From assembly GCA_000934665.2 (NCBI GenBank), contig JYFJ02004024.1, forward strand, positions 1 to 35,472: a stretch of 35,472 nt of DNA, given 5' to 3'. The DNA comes from Catajapyx aquilonaris (Eukaryota). How positions within the stretch are numbered: the first letter of the stretch is position 1; each line of letters starts with the position of its first letter. The notes under the pieces are model-generated. The model was not told the DNA's origin and made no database searches. It saw nothing but the letters and a program-made list of their open reading frames with translations. The position numbers were made by a program, and so were the translations under genes. Below are positions 1 through 11,849 of the stretch, in pieces.

Positions 1-76
1 GGTTCCACTAGAATTGAACTCGTTAAGTTTCAGTTTGCGAATTAGTTGACTCAAAAATTGGGCATTGTAAAAAAAA

Positions 77-561
77 AATGATTTTTTCCAAGGTTGGTTT
101 TTCCGTGTGACATGATTATTTTTATTGGACGTTCTTAATCATGAAGCTGGTTTTTAATGTCCTTTTGAGGAGTGAAAACCTAGGCTGGAAAGTTGATAAT
201 TTGCAATTTTTGCATTTGAAATGGCACAGCAGGCACTAAGGAACCTTTTCAAAAATATTATTCTCAATTTAATTTTTCAGATAATTGTAGACGATTGCCA
301 ATTTTTGAGTTAGACCTACTTATTATAATGGCCATCGTCTACCATTGTCAGAAAAATGTGAAAATAATTCGGGAAGGTACCTAGTGCCTTCTGTAGTGCT
401 GTGGCCACTTCAAATGCAGAAATTGCAAATTCTCAACTTTCCAGCCCAGGTTTTCACTACTCAGAGGACATGATTTAAAAATTTTATTTCGTGAAATATT
501 AAGAACGTCCAATAAAAATTATCCTGTGACATGCCAAAATCTGTCCTGGAAGGAATCATTT
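77..561. repeat. Imperfect inverted repeat (foldback/MITE-like), arms about 77-250 and 371-561
   Basis: tttttattggacgttcttaat...gagtgaaaacctaggctggaaagttga...ttgcatttgaa is mirrored by ttcaaatgcagaaattgcaaattctcaactttccagcccaggttttcact...attaagaacgtccaataaaaa. True termini and TSD not identified. Confidence 0.8.
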
Positions 562-1942
562 CGGCATTATTTTTGGAAGATTAATACGCTCGTAATTAAA
601 AACCCTGATTCTTCAACACAGACAATGAATAAGCTAGAATTTTGAGCGAAATGTCAACTTGCACCAACCGTCATTTTATTGGCAAATAATTGGCAATAAA
701 ATGACAGGTTGTGCAAGTGGAGTGATGTGCTGATTGACCTGTAAAATTATAAAAATTAAACCAGTTGTATAGGTCTGGTCAAATGCATTTACCCCATTAA
801 TTAAGGGTATAATATAATTATGGTCATTCCTTTTTCTCAAGCGAACATTGCTAATTTTTACATGCTATGAGCTTGTAATATATAGCTCAAAAAGATGGAG
901 ACTTATTTTGCAATGAAACCAAATTGTTGTATTTGATGAGCAATATTACATGAAGGTGCAGCCTAGACCTTTGCTTGAGTGCTGTATAAATAGAAGGTAA
1001 TTTGGATTTTTGCTGAAAATTTGATGTGTGGAATAGCCCCTTTTATAGTTTATATACTAAATTGCACTTTTAATTGATGCAAGAACCTATACCCATTCCA
1101 TATAGTTTATTGCCTTTTTTTTGCCTTGACATTTTTATCTCATACAATCCGCCCTTTTGCAGCAGAAGCAGCCTCGAACATCTGGGTTTCTCTGGAGATG
1201 ACTGCTGCGAGCCTGCGATGGACAACTGATTTTGCGGAGACACTCCAGCAACATCTCATTTCGTCGCCGGCCACCAGCGCAATTATGGCTTCAGATGCCA
1301 ACACTGCCACACTTATTGGTGAGTCCTATTCATTTATTGGTGCCTCGTGTCTTGATGGGAAATCAGATAATCCACGCACAGTTTGGGTTGGAAAATCGAA
1401 ATGTCTTAATAGGAGGAACTGAGGAGTAGTAGTTAGGGACAGATATATCAGGTTCATTTTTTCTAAACATACGCCTGCAGTCTGATATTAGTGTTTGTGG
1501 ATGCATCACAAAATTAGGAATCTCTGCGGAACACTCGTCCTGGACAATCGGAGCACTGATGTTACGAGGCTTGTCTAGTGGGGTGAATAGCCATTTGGGT
1601 TGAGGTGGTGCAAGGTTAATAATTTCAGTGCAAAAGATCCATCCAAGGGCACATGTGATGTAGGGGGCAGGATTCATGAAAATAATGGTTTCTAGATATT
1701 GGATGTGGTGCCTCCGAATGATGAACTTGTGCATTAAAATTAATGGGATCCTAGTTATCAACAGGTGCTTAAAATTGAAACCAATCAAATAAGGACAGTT
1801 GAAATGGGATCAGTTTTCTATTAGGGTAGCTCATCAAAAGCATGTGCCTTGAATACTGTTAATCGATTTTGACATTTGACAATCAGAAGTTAATTATGTT
1901 TTGGGAAGTCACCTGTAATCTGCACATGGGTGTACCCCACCC

Positions 1943-3258
1943 CTGAAAAATGGCCTGGCAGTGCTAATTTGTAAAAATGTTGTATTGGAAGCAATGAGCA
2001 TTTGACCTACTGCATTAGGTGGCAGCCTTCTCACAAAATGTGTTGGTACAGGTTTCTTGTGTATATTCACTGTGAAGCATACTTAGACACTTGAGTGAAC
2101 CTGTGAGGAAATGGTTACTTTGCAAGTTAACGATGAGCAATGGCAAGGGGATTGTGACATGCGGTTAATAAGTTTTACTCCAAGGCTTAATTTCGCCATG
2201 AAAATGCACGTACTGTCTTTAAGTATTCCCTTCAATGGCATGTTTCTCGTAACTAATCTTCTTATTTATCAGTGTCATTAGTGGCTATTTAACTCTTCCC
2301 AATACAATCAGGGCACCACTGTACTGTACTTGTCAGTGAAGTTCACCTAGTACGAAAATCGTCCATGTCGCAAATATGAATTAGTAAAAAATGAATCATG
2401 TTTTAATAACACCTGCAGGCCCCAACATATACCTAATTAGAATACAAGTTTTATGATTATAGCATTTATATTATAATAAGTATATATAAGTAGACTATAG
2501 AAAACACTGATTAGAATATAAGTTGTATGATTATAGCATTTAACTAGAATTAGAATAGATAGTAGCCTATATAGATAACATGGAATATAAGTTGTATAAT
2601 AATTGTAACATTTTGTTATAATACAATTTATATTCTAATTCGGCATAATTATGTAAAGAGATGTTGGGACCTGCAGGTGTTAAAACATGATTCATTTTCT
2701 ACTAATTCATATTTGCGACATGGACAATTGGACATGCACATGATTTTTCGCACTAGGTGAACTTCACTGGTGTTGGGCAAGTACAGTGGTGCCTTGATTA
2801 TATTGGGAAGGCCCCTTAAGACCAAATAGGTCAGTAAAGGGTAAATAAATAAAATAAAATAAATAAAATAGATTATATTGGGAAGAGTTAAATAGCCACT
2901 AAAGACACTGCTAAATAAGCAGATTAGTTACGAGAAACATGCCATTGAAGGGAAGACTTAACTTAACTGAAAGACAGTACGTGCATTTTCATGGCGAAAT
3001 TAAGCCTTTGAGTAAAACTTAACCATGTCACAATAATGCTCTTGTAATTGCTCGTTAACTTGCAAAGTAACAATTTTCTCACAGGTTCATTCAAGTGCCT
3101 AAGTATGCTTCAGTGAATATGCACCACCACATTTTGTGAGAAGGCTAACCTAATGCAGTGGGTCAAATGCTACTCAACTCATTGTTTCAATCTGCCAGAT
3201 TTAATAACGTTTCCAATACAACATTTTTACAAATTAGCACAGCCAGGCCATTTTTCAG
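1943..3258. mobile_element. Large foldback (long-TIR, non-autonomous) DNA element with AT-rich minisatellite spacer
   Basis: Arm 1943-2428 (ctgaaaaatggcctggcagtgctaatttgtaaaaatgttgtattggaa...cctgcaggccccaacat) is the reverse complement of arm 2661-3258 (atgttgggacctgcagg...ttccaatacaacatttttacaaattagcacagccaggccatttttcag). The spacer has repeats of tagaatataagttgtatgattatagcattt. No clear TSD. Confidence 0.9.
2811..2870 (+). mobile_element. 60-bp 5'-truncated retroposon 3' end (LINE/SINE tail) inserted in the foldback right arm
   Basis: Perfect 15-bp direct repeat gattatattgggaag at 2796-2810 and 2871-2885. The insert has a stem-loop and ends in a (TAAA/TAAAA)n tail. It is absent from the left arm. 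Confidence 0.85.
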
Positions 3259-5354
3259 CCTGAAACTCTGTGCCATCATCTGGATAGCCACCCACAGCTC
3301 CCTGGATCACTGAAGGTGTTAAATCCAGTCTGGCCACATCATCAGAATGCTTCTTGAACCAATTCTGGACCTGCTGATGAAACTGCACTAGCCTGCTGGA
3401 ATTTCCCATCGTGATAAAGCAGTGCCATGAGCTGTGTTCACCCTGCCTCACGACAACACCTGGCCATTTGTTTAAACAGTTCCATGTTGCTATCCCGTGA
3501 CTTTTGGCACTTGAGTGTATATAGGGTCTTGCATAACAATGGATTGCACATGTTAATGGTTTCACCTGATTTGATTTAGCATTTTTGTTGCTTTCAGATT
3601 TCTTTCCCCTGCAGGAAGAGCAGCAGTGATTTTGCAGCACCATTGTCGCCAGAGGAGGATGCCCATAACGAGATATTCCTGCTGGTCAGTATCACGAGAA
3701 ATCAAGGTCTCAATGCAGTTGCATGGATTTGAGTTTGCTCCTGTGCAATGTTGACTAGTGAGAAGTATTACCTGACAGCAATAAAATGACATTATTCTGA
3801 ATGTATCTGCTTTCTCTGGGAAAATGGGGGGGGAACCTTTTGTGCTGAGCTCCAAGTCTTTGCCTTTACAGCAGACTGAGCAGATTTCCACTTAATCAGT
3901 TCTTCTGCAGGAGTCTTAAAAATCTGCAACTTGACCCTTATCAGCTTTGGCATATCTCGTTGGACAAGGATGAGACAGTGTAAATTAAGCTGTTTTTTTT
4001 GGCGTTACGTATGGATGGGAAATAAGCCAATATCAGGGTACTAGACTAATTCTGCGCAAAAAGTTATGATTTTAATTTCCATGTAATTGCATTGCCCTTT
4101 TTCTGATTATTTATGTTTTTGAATTGACATTTTTAATTGTTTGTTCTCTTTTCAGTGCAAGTAATTCGCAGCCTGCTGAGATGGTGCCATCCTGCAAGAA
4201 ATGATCATCCATATTTTCGCCTGCTTTCTCCTGTTTCCAGTAATTTGCAGCCCAGATGGTGCCAGTCAGGAGCACCATACCGCCTTTAACCCCCTACAAA
4301 CCTCCCCTTTTTTGGCATCATGTGCTAACACTTCTTGGCACATGATGTTGAAGAGAGGAAGATTTACCGCCTGCATTTAGGCTCCTCCCCCTTCGACGTC
4401 ATGTGCCAAGTGCATGACGTCAAGGGAGGAGGGGAAACTTGCAGGCTGAAAAATCGTAGTTTTAGTCGTCGGAAAAAAAAGACCGGGGTCGTCTGGGCGT
4501 AATTTCGGGCGGCCCCGGCCACCCCTGCATTCGCAAAGTCCGCTGGCGCGGAGCCTAGCTTAATGACCCCTCCCCTTTTTTCTGTAAACTTTTTTCAGAG
4601 TCCACTGATTGTCTCTCATTCGTTCACTCCAGTGCCTTGGCCCATCCCCCCTCTGCCTGCTGATGGTAGGGGTGAGTGAGGCTTGGATGGATGTGGGTGC
4701 ACGTACTGGGCAATGTAAGTTATGTTTCCCTCCTGCCCCTATCCTCCCAGGGCAANCCCCCCCCCCCCCCCCATCGTCCAAAGCCCCTCTCCCTGGCCAT
4801 CAGTAGGCGGAGGGAGGAGAGGCAACGATGCACTGTTTCTTTATTTCTTACAGCCGATATACATTGTACAAAAATCGCAATAAAGATGTTGACAATAATA
4901 GTTCTGACTGCTGCTTTTTTTTCCAGGATGTTCAAGTAACTTGTATGTTAGGCTGCTTGATCCTTTCCAGGCTGTGTGCAATAAAGGTGTGCACAATAAT
5001 AGTTACTCTTCTGATTGCTACTCCATCTTTTACAGGATGCCCAACAATCTAAAAAGGATAACAATGATTAAAAGACTTATAATATTTTAGGAGGATGAAT
5101 TAAGAGCTATTAAAATTTCATCCAATGAATTTTACTGGAAATACAGAAGGCTACACATGTAACTTATTATTGACATTAAAAACTCCAGCATTTTTGCCAC
5201 ATCCTGCACTTGCCATAAACAATTTCAACATAATAACTTCTGCAGGGGGAATAAAAAGCAATGGATCCAGGTATGACTACGATTGAATTAGGAGCAATGG
5301 CCTATGATTACTGAAAAACACATTGGATGTGTCAGCCACCTTCATATAGTTACT

Positions 5355-6660
5355 TTTTAATTGCCATTAAGGGAGCAACGAAGAAAAGGGGCAAGTCGAA
5401 AGGGGGGATAGTGGTGGAGCTGAACATTGAAAAAAAGGAAGTGGAAGATGCAGATGGGTGGGGGAAGGAACTAGAAACGATGAGGACAGAAGATGAGGGG
5501 AATGATGTGTGTGTGGGGACTTTAATGGTAGAATTGGACATGAGGGCACCATTGGAGAAATGGAAGGAACAGAGAAGATCTGAGGACGCCACATCAACAG
5601 AGAGGTTGCTAGATAACTGGGCAATGTGGGGTATGGTGGTAGCTAATGGGAGGACAAAGGGGAAGGTAACCTATATTGGTGCGACGGGGAAATCGGTAAT
5701 AGATTATGTAGTGACTGACAAAGATGCATGAGCTGAAATAATAGACATGACGGTAGGGACGAGAATTGAGTTGGATCACCAGCCATTGGAGGTGACCCAC
5801 AATCGGGTGGGGGGGAAGACACACAAAAGGGAAGTACAGCGGCCGAAGGAGGAAGGGGGTGAGGTGTAAGTGGGCCGAGGCATACAGGACACGGCTAAGA
5901 GAAAATAGCAAGAAGAGAAGGGTGGATTGGTTTGACGAGGAATGTAAGGAAAAAAGAGGAAGTATGGAAGAGGTTCAGGGCTTTTAAAAGAACGGGGACT
6001 GAGGAAGACACAGTAGAATATGTTGCTCAAAGGAAAGATTACCACAAATTATGTGAGGAGAAGAAGGGCAGGAACTCAAATAATGGAAAGTTAAGTGAGA
6101 ACGGAAGGTGAAATGTGGGAAAGACTCAGGGGGAAAATCAAGGACAGGTCCATCACGGAAGAGGAAAGGACAGAGCATTTTGTGGGGGTGCTGGGAGGGG
6201 AGTTGGAAAAAACGATGGTAGAAATCCCGGGAGGCAGAGGGGAACAGGTGGCAGGAAGGTGGGATGCTGACATAACTGAGAAGGAGATAACAGACTGCAT
6301 GAGGAGACTGAAAAAGAGGAAAGCACCAGGGATGGATGGGCATCCAAATGAGATTTTGAATAATGGAGGGGAAGTGGTGGTTAAAGAAATCAAGGACGGA
6401 GCTGTTCCTGAAAATTTGGGAAAGTGAGAGAATACCATATGTATGGAAAGAAGCATGGTTGTGGCCCATCCACAAAAGTGGGGAGAGAGGAATGGCGTAA
6501 GGGAAGAAGTACCATGGACAATACATTTATACTGAACTCATTGGTGCAGCATAGACTCAGTAAGAGGAGGGGGAAACTTTATGCACTATTCGTCAACCCC
6601 ACTCAAGGCAGCGTTTGACTCCGTGGACAGGGTTAAGCTCATGGAGAAACTGTGGATTTT
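5355..6660 (+). mobile_element. Degenerate non-LTR retrotransposon fragment (APE endonuclease C-terminal half plus N-terminal RT), with stops, frameshifts and deletions
   Basis: Endonuclease motifs NGRTKG..TYIG..GKSVIDYVV...DHQPL. RT-region motifs ITEKEI...LKKRKAPGMDGHPNEIL, WKEAWLWPIHK, RKGRSTMDNTFILNSLV, LYALFV/KAAFDSVDR. Confidence 0.9.
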
Positions 6661-8854
6661 CATGGTAATGATTTCTTTGGCATAATAATTTTCAAAAGGC
6701 AAAAGGAAAATAATTTTCAAACAAGGTACTGTAATTATCAGGCACAGTGAATACAATATATTCATTGCAGCATAAAAATTTAGCATCAAGAGACATTTTT
6801 CCATGATTATTATGACCAACACTGTTACAAGGTAAGTACAAGTGTGTAATACTTACCATGTCCATGTCTGGTCTGCCAGGATAGTAGATGGCAAGTGAAG
6901 GGTTGAGGCATATCTGATGATGACAGCACCTCGCATCGCTTGATTCCACAAGTTGATTAGGATGAGGCCAAAGTGGTTGCTGGTTTGGCAGAAACAGGCA
7001 GGTGATGTCCAGAGACCAATCAGATGCATCGTCATTCTGTAAGGTGTAATGAGTACAGGTCACACGACTGTCATTGAGAGTGCTACGTACTAATACTAAG
7101 TTGCATTGCCACACAATCAAGTATTTTGTCTCAGAAATTTTGAATGACATTAGTAGACTACAATTTCCACCAAGATATGCTAGCAATATGATAGGCGGCA
7201 GGTTCACACCATTGCGATTGTGACGATTTCAAAGTGAATGTAGAGCACATGAACAAAGCACATCAAACAGTACCATAATAAATTATTGGTGATTAGCATG
7301 GTGCCTATCTATGGAGAGACGCGGAAAGGCAAGTACGGTACATAGGATGGTAGGATTAACACAGGCACATTAACACATGCACATTTCAAATCCTGATAAT
7401 TATTCGCAACTCAAGAAGCAGATTGGAGGAATACGCATCATCTTAATAACATCACTTGTACGCAGTGTAAATGATTTTTGAGCAAAGTCGAAATCATTAA
7501 AATTATTTTGCACCCACATTTTACTTGCATACTTGGCTATTCAATTATTCTGAGTGTGGAGCATCCTACTGTGAGTTTATTGTTTAACAATAATTATTAC
7601 GGCTCAAGACATAAACTCACCATCAATATTAATTGCAGTTACATCCAAGGTCGTTGAGCATCAGCATGACGACATCTGTTCTTGTCCAGGGTTCCTTTGG
7701 TGACCAATCTGACTGTCGTGCTGGCAGTTCACTAGTCTGGTGTCCAAGGTGGTGTGTGTATCCAGCAGCATACCACAAACCAATTCTACATAATAAATAA
7801 AGCATATTAGAAACCTGTGACTTAATTTGCCCCAATTTGACTGGGCTCAGTGGTATACATCATATGACCAATTAGCAGGCTCTTAATGTACTTTATGAAC
7901 TTCAGAAATGTTGCTCTAAGTCCTATTTATTACATACACATACCTATCGGTTGATGTGCAGTTGCTGTGAAGGTCTTATTGTCACACGTCCCCAGGCAGG
8001 CTACCAGCACATCACTCTCCTCCTTTCCAGGTCACGAAATGGTTGCCATTGTGGTGCAATCACTCACCCACCAACCCCCTCAGGACATCATGTGGACGAC
8101 TTATGGCCCAATGGTGCCAACAAAAGTGGGTGGTTTGACCTTGAATAAATTCGAAAGGACCTTCACCAGTTGACTGCAAAAAAAACAACAACAACACATT
8201 ATCCTGGAAGTCAAGCTTCCTACATCGCAACCTAGTTTGAAGGGTTGCCCTGAAGGATGACTATTACTCACCGATGAATAAATTAATCTCAAATTAATTA
8301 CAACTGAAGTACAACTTGCTTCTTTTAGTCCTTCCAAAACAACGAAATGATGAAAATAATGTAGGTCGAGCTTATCTTCTTTGTACTTATCCTAAGAAAG
8401 GTAAAGCCACCCCTTGTGTAAATCAAGTACCGGTAGTACTAGGTTTTGCCAGGTAATAGTCTCTGACAATCAAGAATATGGGTTCAAGGGCTGGTACCTA
8501 CATGCACTAGAAGATATCGAGTGGGACTGCCTATGCAATGAAACATACATGAACACATGAATTTAATACAATTTAACTGAAGCAGTCTGTGTTTACCTTT
8601 TAAACTTTGTAAGTTTAAGTAACAACAATTAATATCCATCAAAATAACCCATTAAAATCCGCGATATTAAAATGTGCTATTGATACTTTAGTAGTATTAC
8701 AAAAAGCATATTTTATTTTTTATTACATAAAATGTTTACATAAACACGGCCAGAAATGACCCAACTGCACTAGTTGAAGTATGCCCTACCGCAGCATCAA
8801 CATTTTCAGATCAGCAACTTTGCAGGAAGCTTCAATTTAAATCGCAATATTTAT

Positions 8855-10991
8855 CTACAGTGTAAAATATATCGCAATGATGAATAAACTGAGATATAAG
8901 CAATGAATGGAAGATGCAGAACTTTTTGAAGGAAAGCTGCTAAAATTGATGGCATAATTATTATTGTTATCTATTGATTTTGCTATCCCAATTCGGTTCA
9001 ACCTCATGTCAAAGGTGCAGTAATATGCCCCAATAAATACGTCACCAAGGATCCACTCTGGTCCATCACTGTACTCGGATGGTGTGAAGCCAGACACACA
9101 CTCGCCTCTATCCTCATACTGAAAAAGACAACGTCAAATTAACCGCAGGCTTGTTGCATTCCTTTCAACGGCAAGGTTAGAAATAAATAACTTACCTTCA
9201 GTACATAATCCTTGCTTGTAAGAGTAAAAGCGTAGCTGCCAAACACAAAAACTATTGGCGGAAGTGAATCAACAATCCTGCAGTCCACCTGAAAATATCA
9301 CATCATGTATACAAATTCTGGTAACTATTGCAGTTGAATCCGGATATAACAGACTTCAAGGGAGAGCGAAAATCAGTCTGCCGAGGCTGTTATATCTGGA
9401 TTCAACTGTACCGGTATATAAACTTCCGCAGCATATTGCATGATATGTGTCTGTTATATCTTCAGAATATTGTACCTTGAGCCACTTTTCTATTGCACTA
9501 CAAGTTTTGCGACGTAATGAAAAAACTCACTTCATGGAAAGCCCATGTTCACACTTAATACACACCATGTGCAAGCCTGTGTTGGGATCTTCTTTTGCAT
9601 TAAGCAGATGGTTTAGCCTCTCTACATCTTCACTTGGCCCAATGATAAGACTGGTTCCTGTATCGATTATAACTTCACATCCACTCCTGCATGAAAATTC
9701 TTCACCGTTGAACACTAGTCGGTCCATATGAACCTGCCAGTAACCCTGCCTGGTGACAGGAAGGTAGGCAAATTCACCAGTGTAGTAATTGGGATCTGTT
9801 CCTCCCAAAATCAGTTGCCCACCAGGAGATCCATACAAGTTTCTACGGAGCCAAAGCGTGAAGAATTATTTCATGGTTAGGAGATACATGCCATGGGCGG
9901 CAGTCAAAGCCAATCAGCCAATGCAAAGGTTCACCACACCTGTTGAGATAAAACGAGAAAATGGGTTCATCCACAGCATTCTGTTGCATCATGGCAAGGA
10001 AAACTGGTAGCACTCCACTTTTAGACAGGGACGGATATCCCATTCCCAAGATGCCGTCAAAATATGTGTTCCTGAAGGAATTTCCTCCGGTGAAGTTTAT
10101 CTCGGCAAAGGTTTGTTGGGAAACTGTAATGCCTGCAACCTGAAATTGTACAATTCACTCGTTATTGCATAAAGTGCGTAACTTTATTTAAACCCAATAC
10201 TTACACTAATGTCATCCGTGGATAGAAATCCACTGGCAGGTCCTGAAATATAATTAATGCTAAATCTATGTCCATTGGCTCTATATGAACTGGATTTGGC
10301 TCCATCATAAAGTCGATGAGATGCTGAAATTTCCCAGAAAATAGTAGAAATATGGTAAAAACATGCTTTGCTTTGATGTCACCGGAATGAAAGAAACTCA
10401 CAGCAGCTGTAGTCGCTCTGAAGGCATTTTGAAGAATACACCCATGTGTCTGATGATCCAGTGTCAAAAATCACATTAAACTCTTGAGGAGGATTGCCAA
10501 TTTTTATGGGACCAACATACTGGGCCTGCAATTATAAAGCCAACTGTGTGCAAGTTCCTGACAAATGGTGCTTGCCACTTACGTTTCCATAATTCTTGAG
10601 AGGGTTAACCACCGCACCTCCCACATAGATGTAGTCATGCCTCTTCAATGGAATACCTTCCTCGTGAGCAATCTGTGCTTCTGATTTGATCTTCGTTAGT
10701 GGAATCCTGTTTTAAAATGTTTACCAGTAAGAGTTTTCGGTTTTGAGGCAATAATTTGATGACATACAGTGTTGGAACATTAATCGACTCGTACTGCTAG
10801 TGACATTTTCTGAAGCGGCAGAAGAACGAATCTTGCTTGCACGGCTTGCACTATCCATATCTTCGATTCGTTCTTCTGCCGCTTCAGAAAATGTCGCTAG
10901 CAGTTTGACTCGATTAATGTCCAACACTATACCTGACTAATCCAGTGGCAAATGCAATGAGGCAGAGAAGCAGCACAAGCACATGTGACAT
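8855..10991 (-). CDS. Gene A: cathepsin D-like A1 aspartic protease with predicted GPI-anchor tail, 8 exons, 419 aa
   Basis: Exons (minus strand): 10933-10991, 10583-10706, 10402-10525, 10205-10323, 9940-10139, 9566-9842, 9196-9288, 8855-9118. All GT-AG, phases compatible, 1260 nt. Signal peptide [69 protein letters not shown] at 8712-8724. Confidence 0.93.
9331..9408. mobile_element. Short palindromic Tc1/mariner-pogo-type MITE in gene A intron 6; related copies at about 31041-31110 and 32023-32108
   Basis: TIRs cagttgaatccggatataacag / ctgttatatctggattcaactg(ta). The same gatataacagacttcaagg core recurs at 32023-32108 and, inverted, near 31041-31110. Confidence 0.75.
10767..10929. mobile_element. 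Palindromic MITE with TA target duplication in gene A intron 1
   Basis: ta|cagtgttggaacattaatcga...gacattttctgaagcggcagaagaacgaatc / gattcgttcttctgccgcttcagaaaatgtc...tcgattaatgtccaacacta|ta. Second family member at 28074-28223. Confidence 0.88.
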
Positions 10992-11039
10992 TTTCAAGCC
11001 CTGTGTCTTTACCTGCACTGAGAATATTTCAGACTTTCA

Positions 11040-11155
11040 CATATCACAAGCCCTCTTATCACCTCCCTATCTCACTAAAGGTATCTATCACTGAAGCCCT
11101 GTCTGCCGTAAGAATCTGTATAAATAGAGGTCAATATAAGATAAGGGGAGTATCA
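11040..11155 (-). promoter_or_regulatory. GATA-motif cluster in the proximal upstream region of gene A
   Basis: WGATAR matches at 11056-11061, 11067-11072, 11085-11090 and 11139-11144, 65-155 bp upstream of the ATG. Confidence 0.45.
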
Positions 11156-11849
11156 AACACATTTCTCACAGTGGCTGCAAGTTCCAGCAGCTCATCATTT
11201 CACTGAACTTCAGAAAGCGATCATCTAGTTACTAGTATCAGTTGGGTGGTCAGCTCCCAAGGGAGTCAGACTGACTGTGGCGCTGGATAGTGCCAGTTTA
11301 TTAAACTCTTGTAAGGGTTGGTTGACACAATACGTGCTTACAATATTTGGATGAGTTAATTCTGGGTGCACACGACTGGCTATGGCTTGTTGGTAGTGAA
11401 CGAAATGGAGTTATGAGTGCTCAGCTTATCACTTGTCTAAACTATAAAGTAATCATTTCAGGTACTAATCTATAGTCAACGGACAACTAAGAAAGCACTT
11501 CTAGAACTTCCCATTTTTAAGCATCTCGCGAAAACAAAAGAAGCCCGTTTCCTCCTTTTGTTGTGTGAAAGCATTTACATGAAAATTTTTAAAAAGGTGT
11601 TTTCTCAGATAATTTGGTACATGAAACGATTATGTCAAATGAAAGTTAGGCTGAGTCCGCTGTAGCAATGAGTTTGTTTACAGGACGTTCTACATTGGCA
11701 ATTTGACAGTGGCTAACTGCTACTGCTACTTATCTGTTGAAGCTGCAAGTATATCATCTGAATCAGGTGTCATACTCGCAGCTATGTACCAAAATCGTGT
11801 GGATAATTAATCTTGGTCCTCACTGAAGTAATAAGTTGAGGTCATCTTT

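Noticed and set aside
1100..1800. ORFs 1126-1422 (+) and 1363-1788 (-), with an Arg/Cys-rich continuation broken by TGA stops
   Set aside because: No recognisable domain or splice structure; possibly decayed transposon coding sequence but not supportable.
3227..3891. Cys-rich minus-strand ORFs with CxxC motifs
   Set aside because: No family recognised; one ORF runs into the foldback arm.
4383..4775. Short hairpin (gacgtcatg...catgacgtc), GC-rich patch and poly-C with an N
   Set aside because: No termini or TSD established; the N-containing homopolymer is low-quality sequence and the overlapping ORFs look spurious.
6692..8340. Assorted 60-170 aa ORFs and a gtaagt donor-like site near 6851
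   Set aside because: No homology or consistent exon chain; no further protease exons seen.
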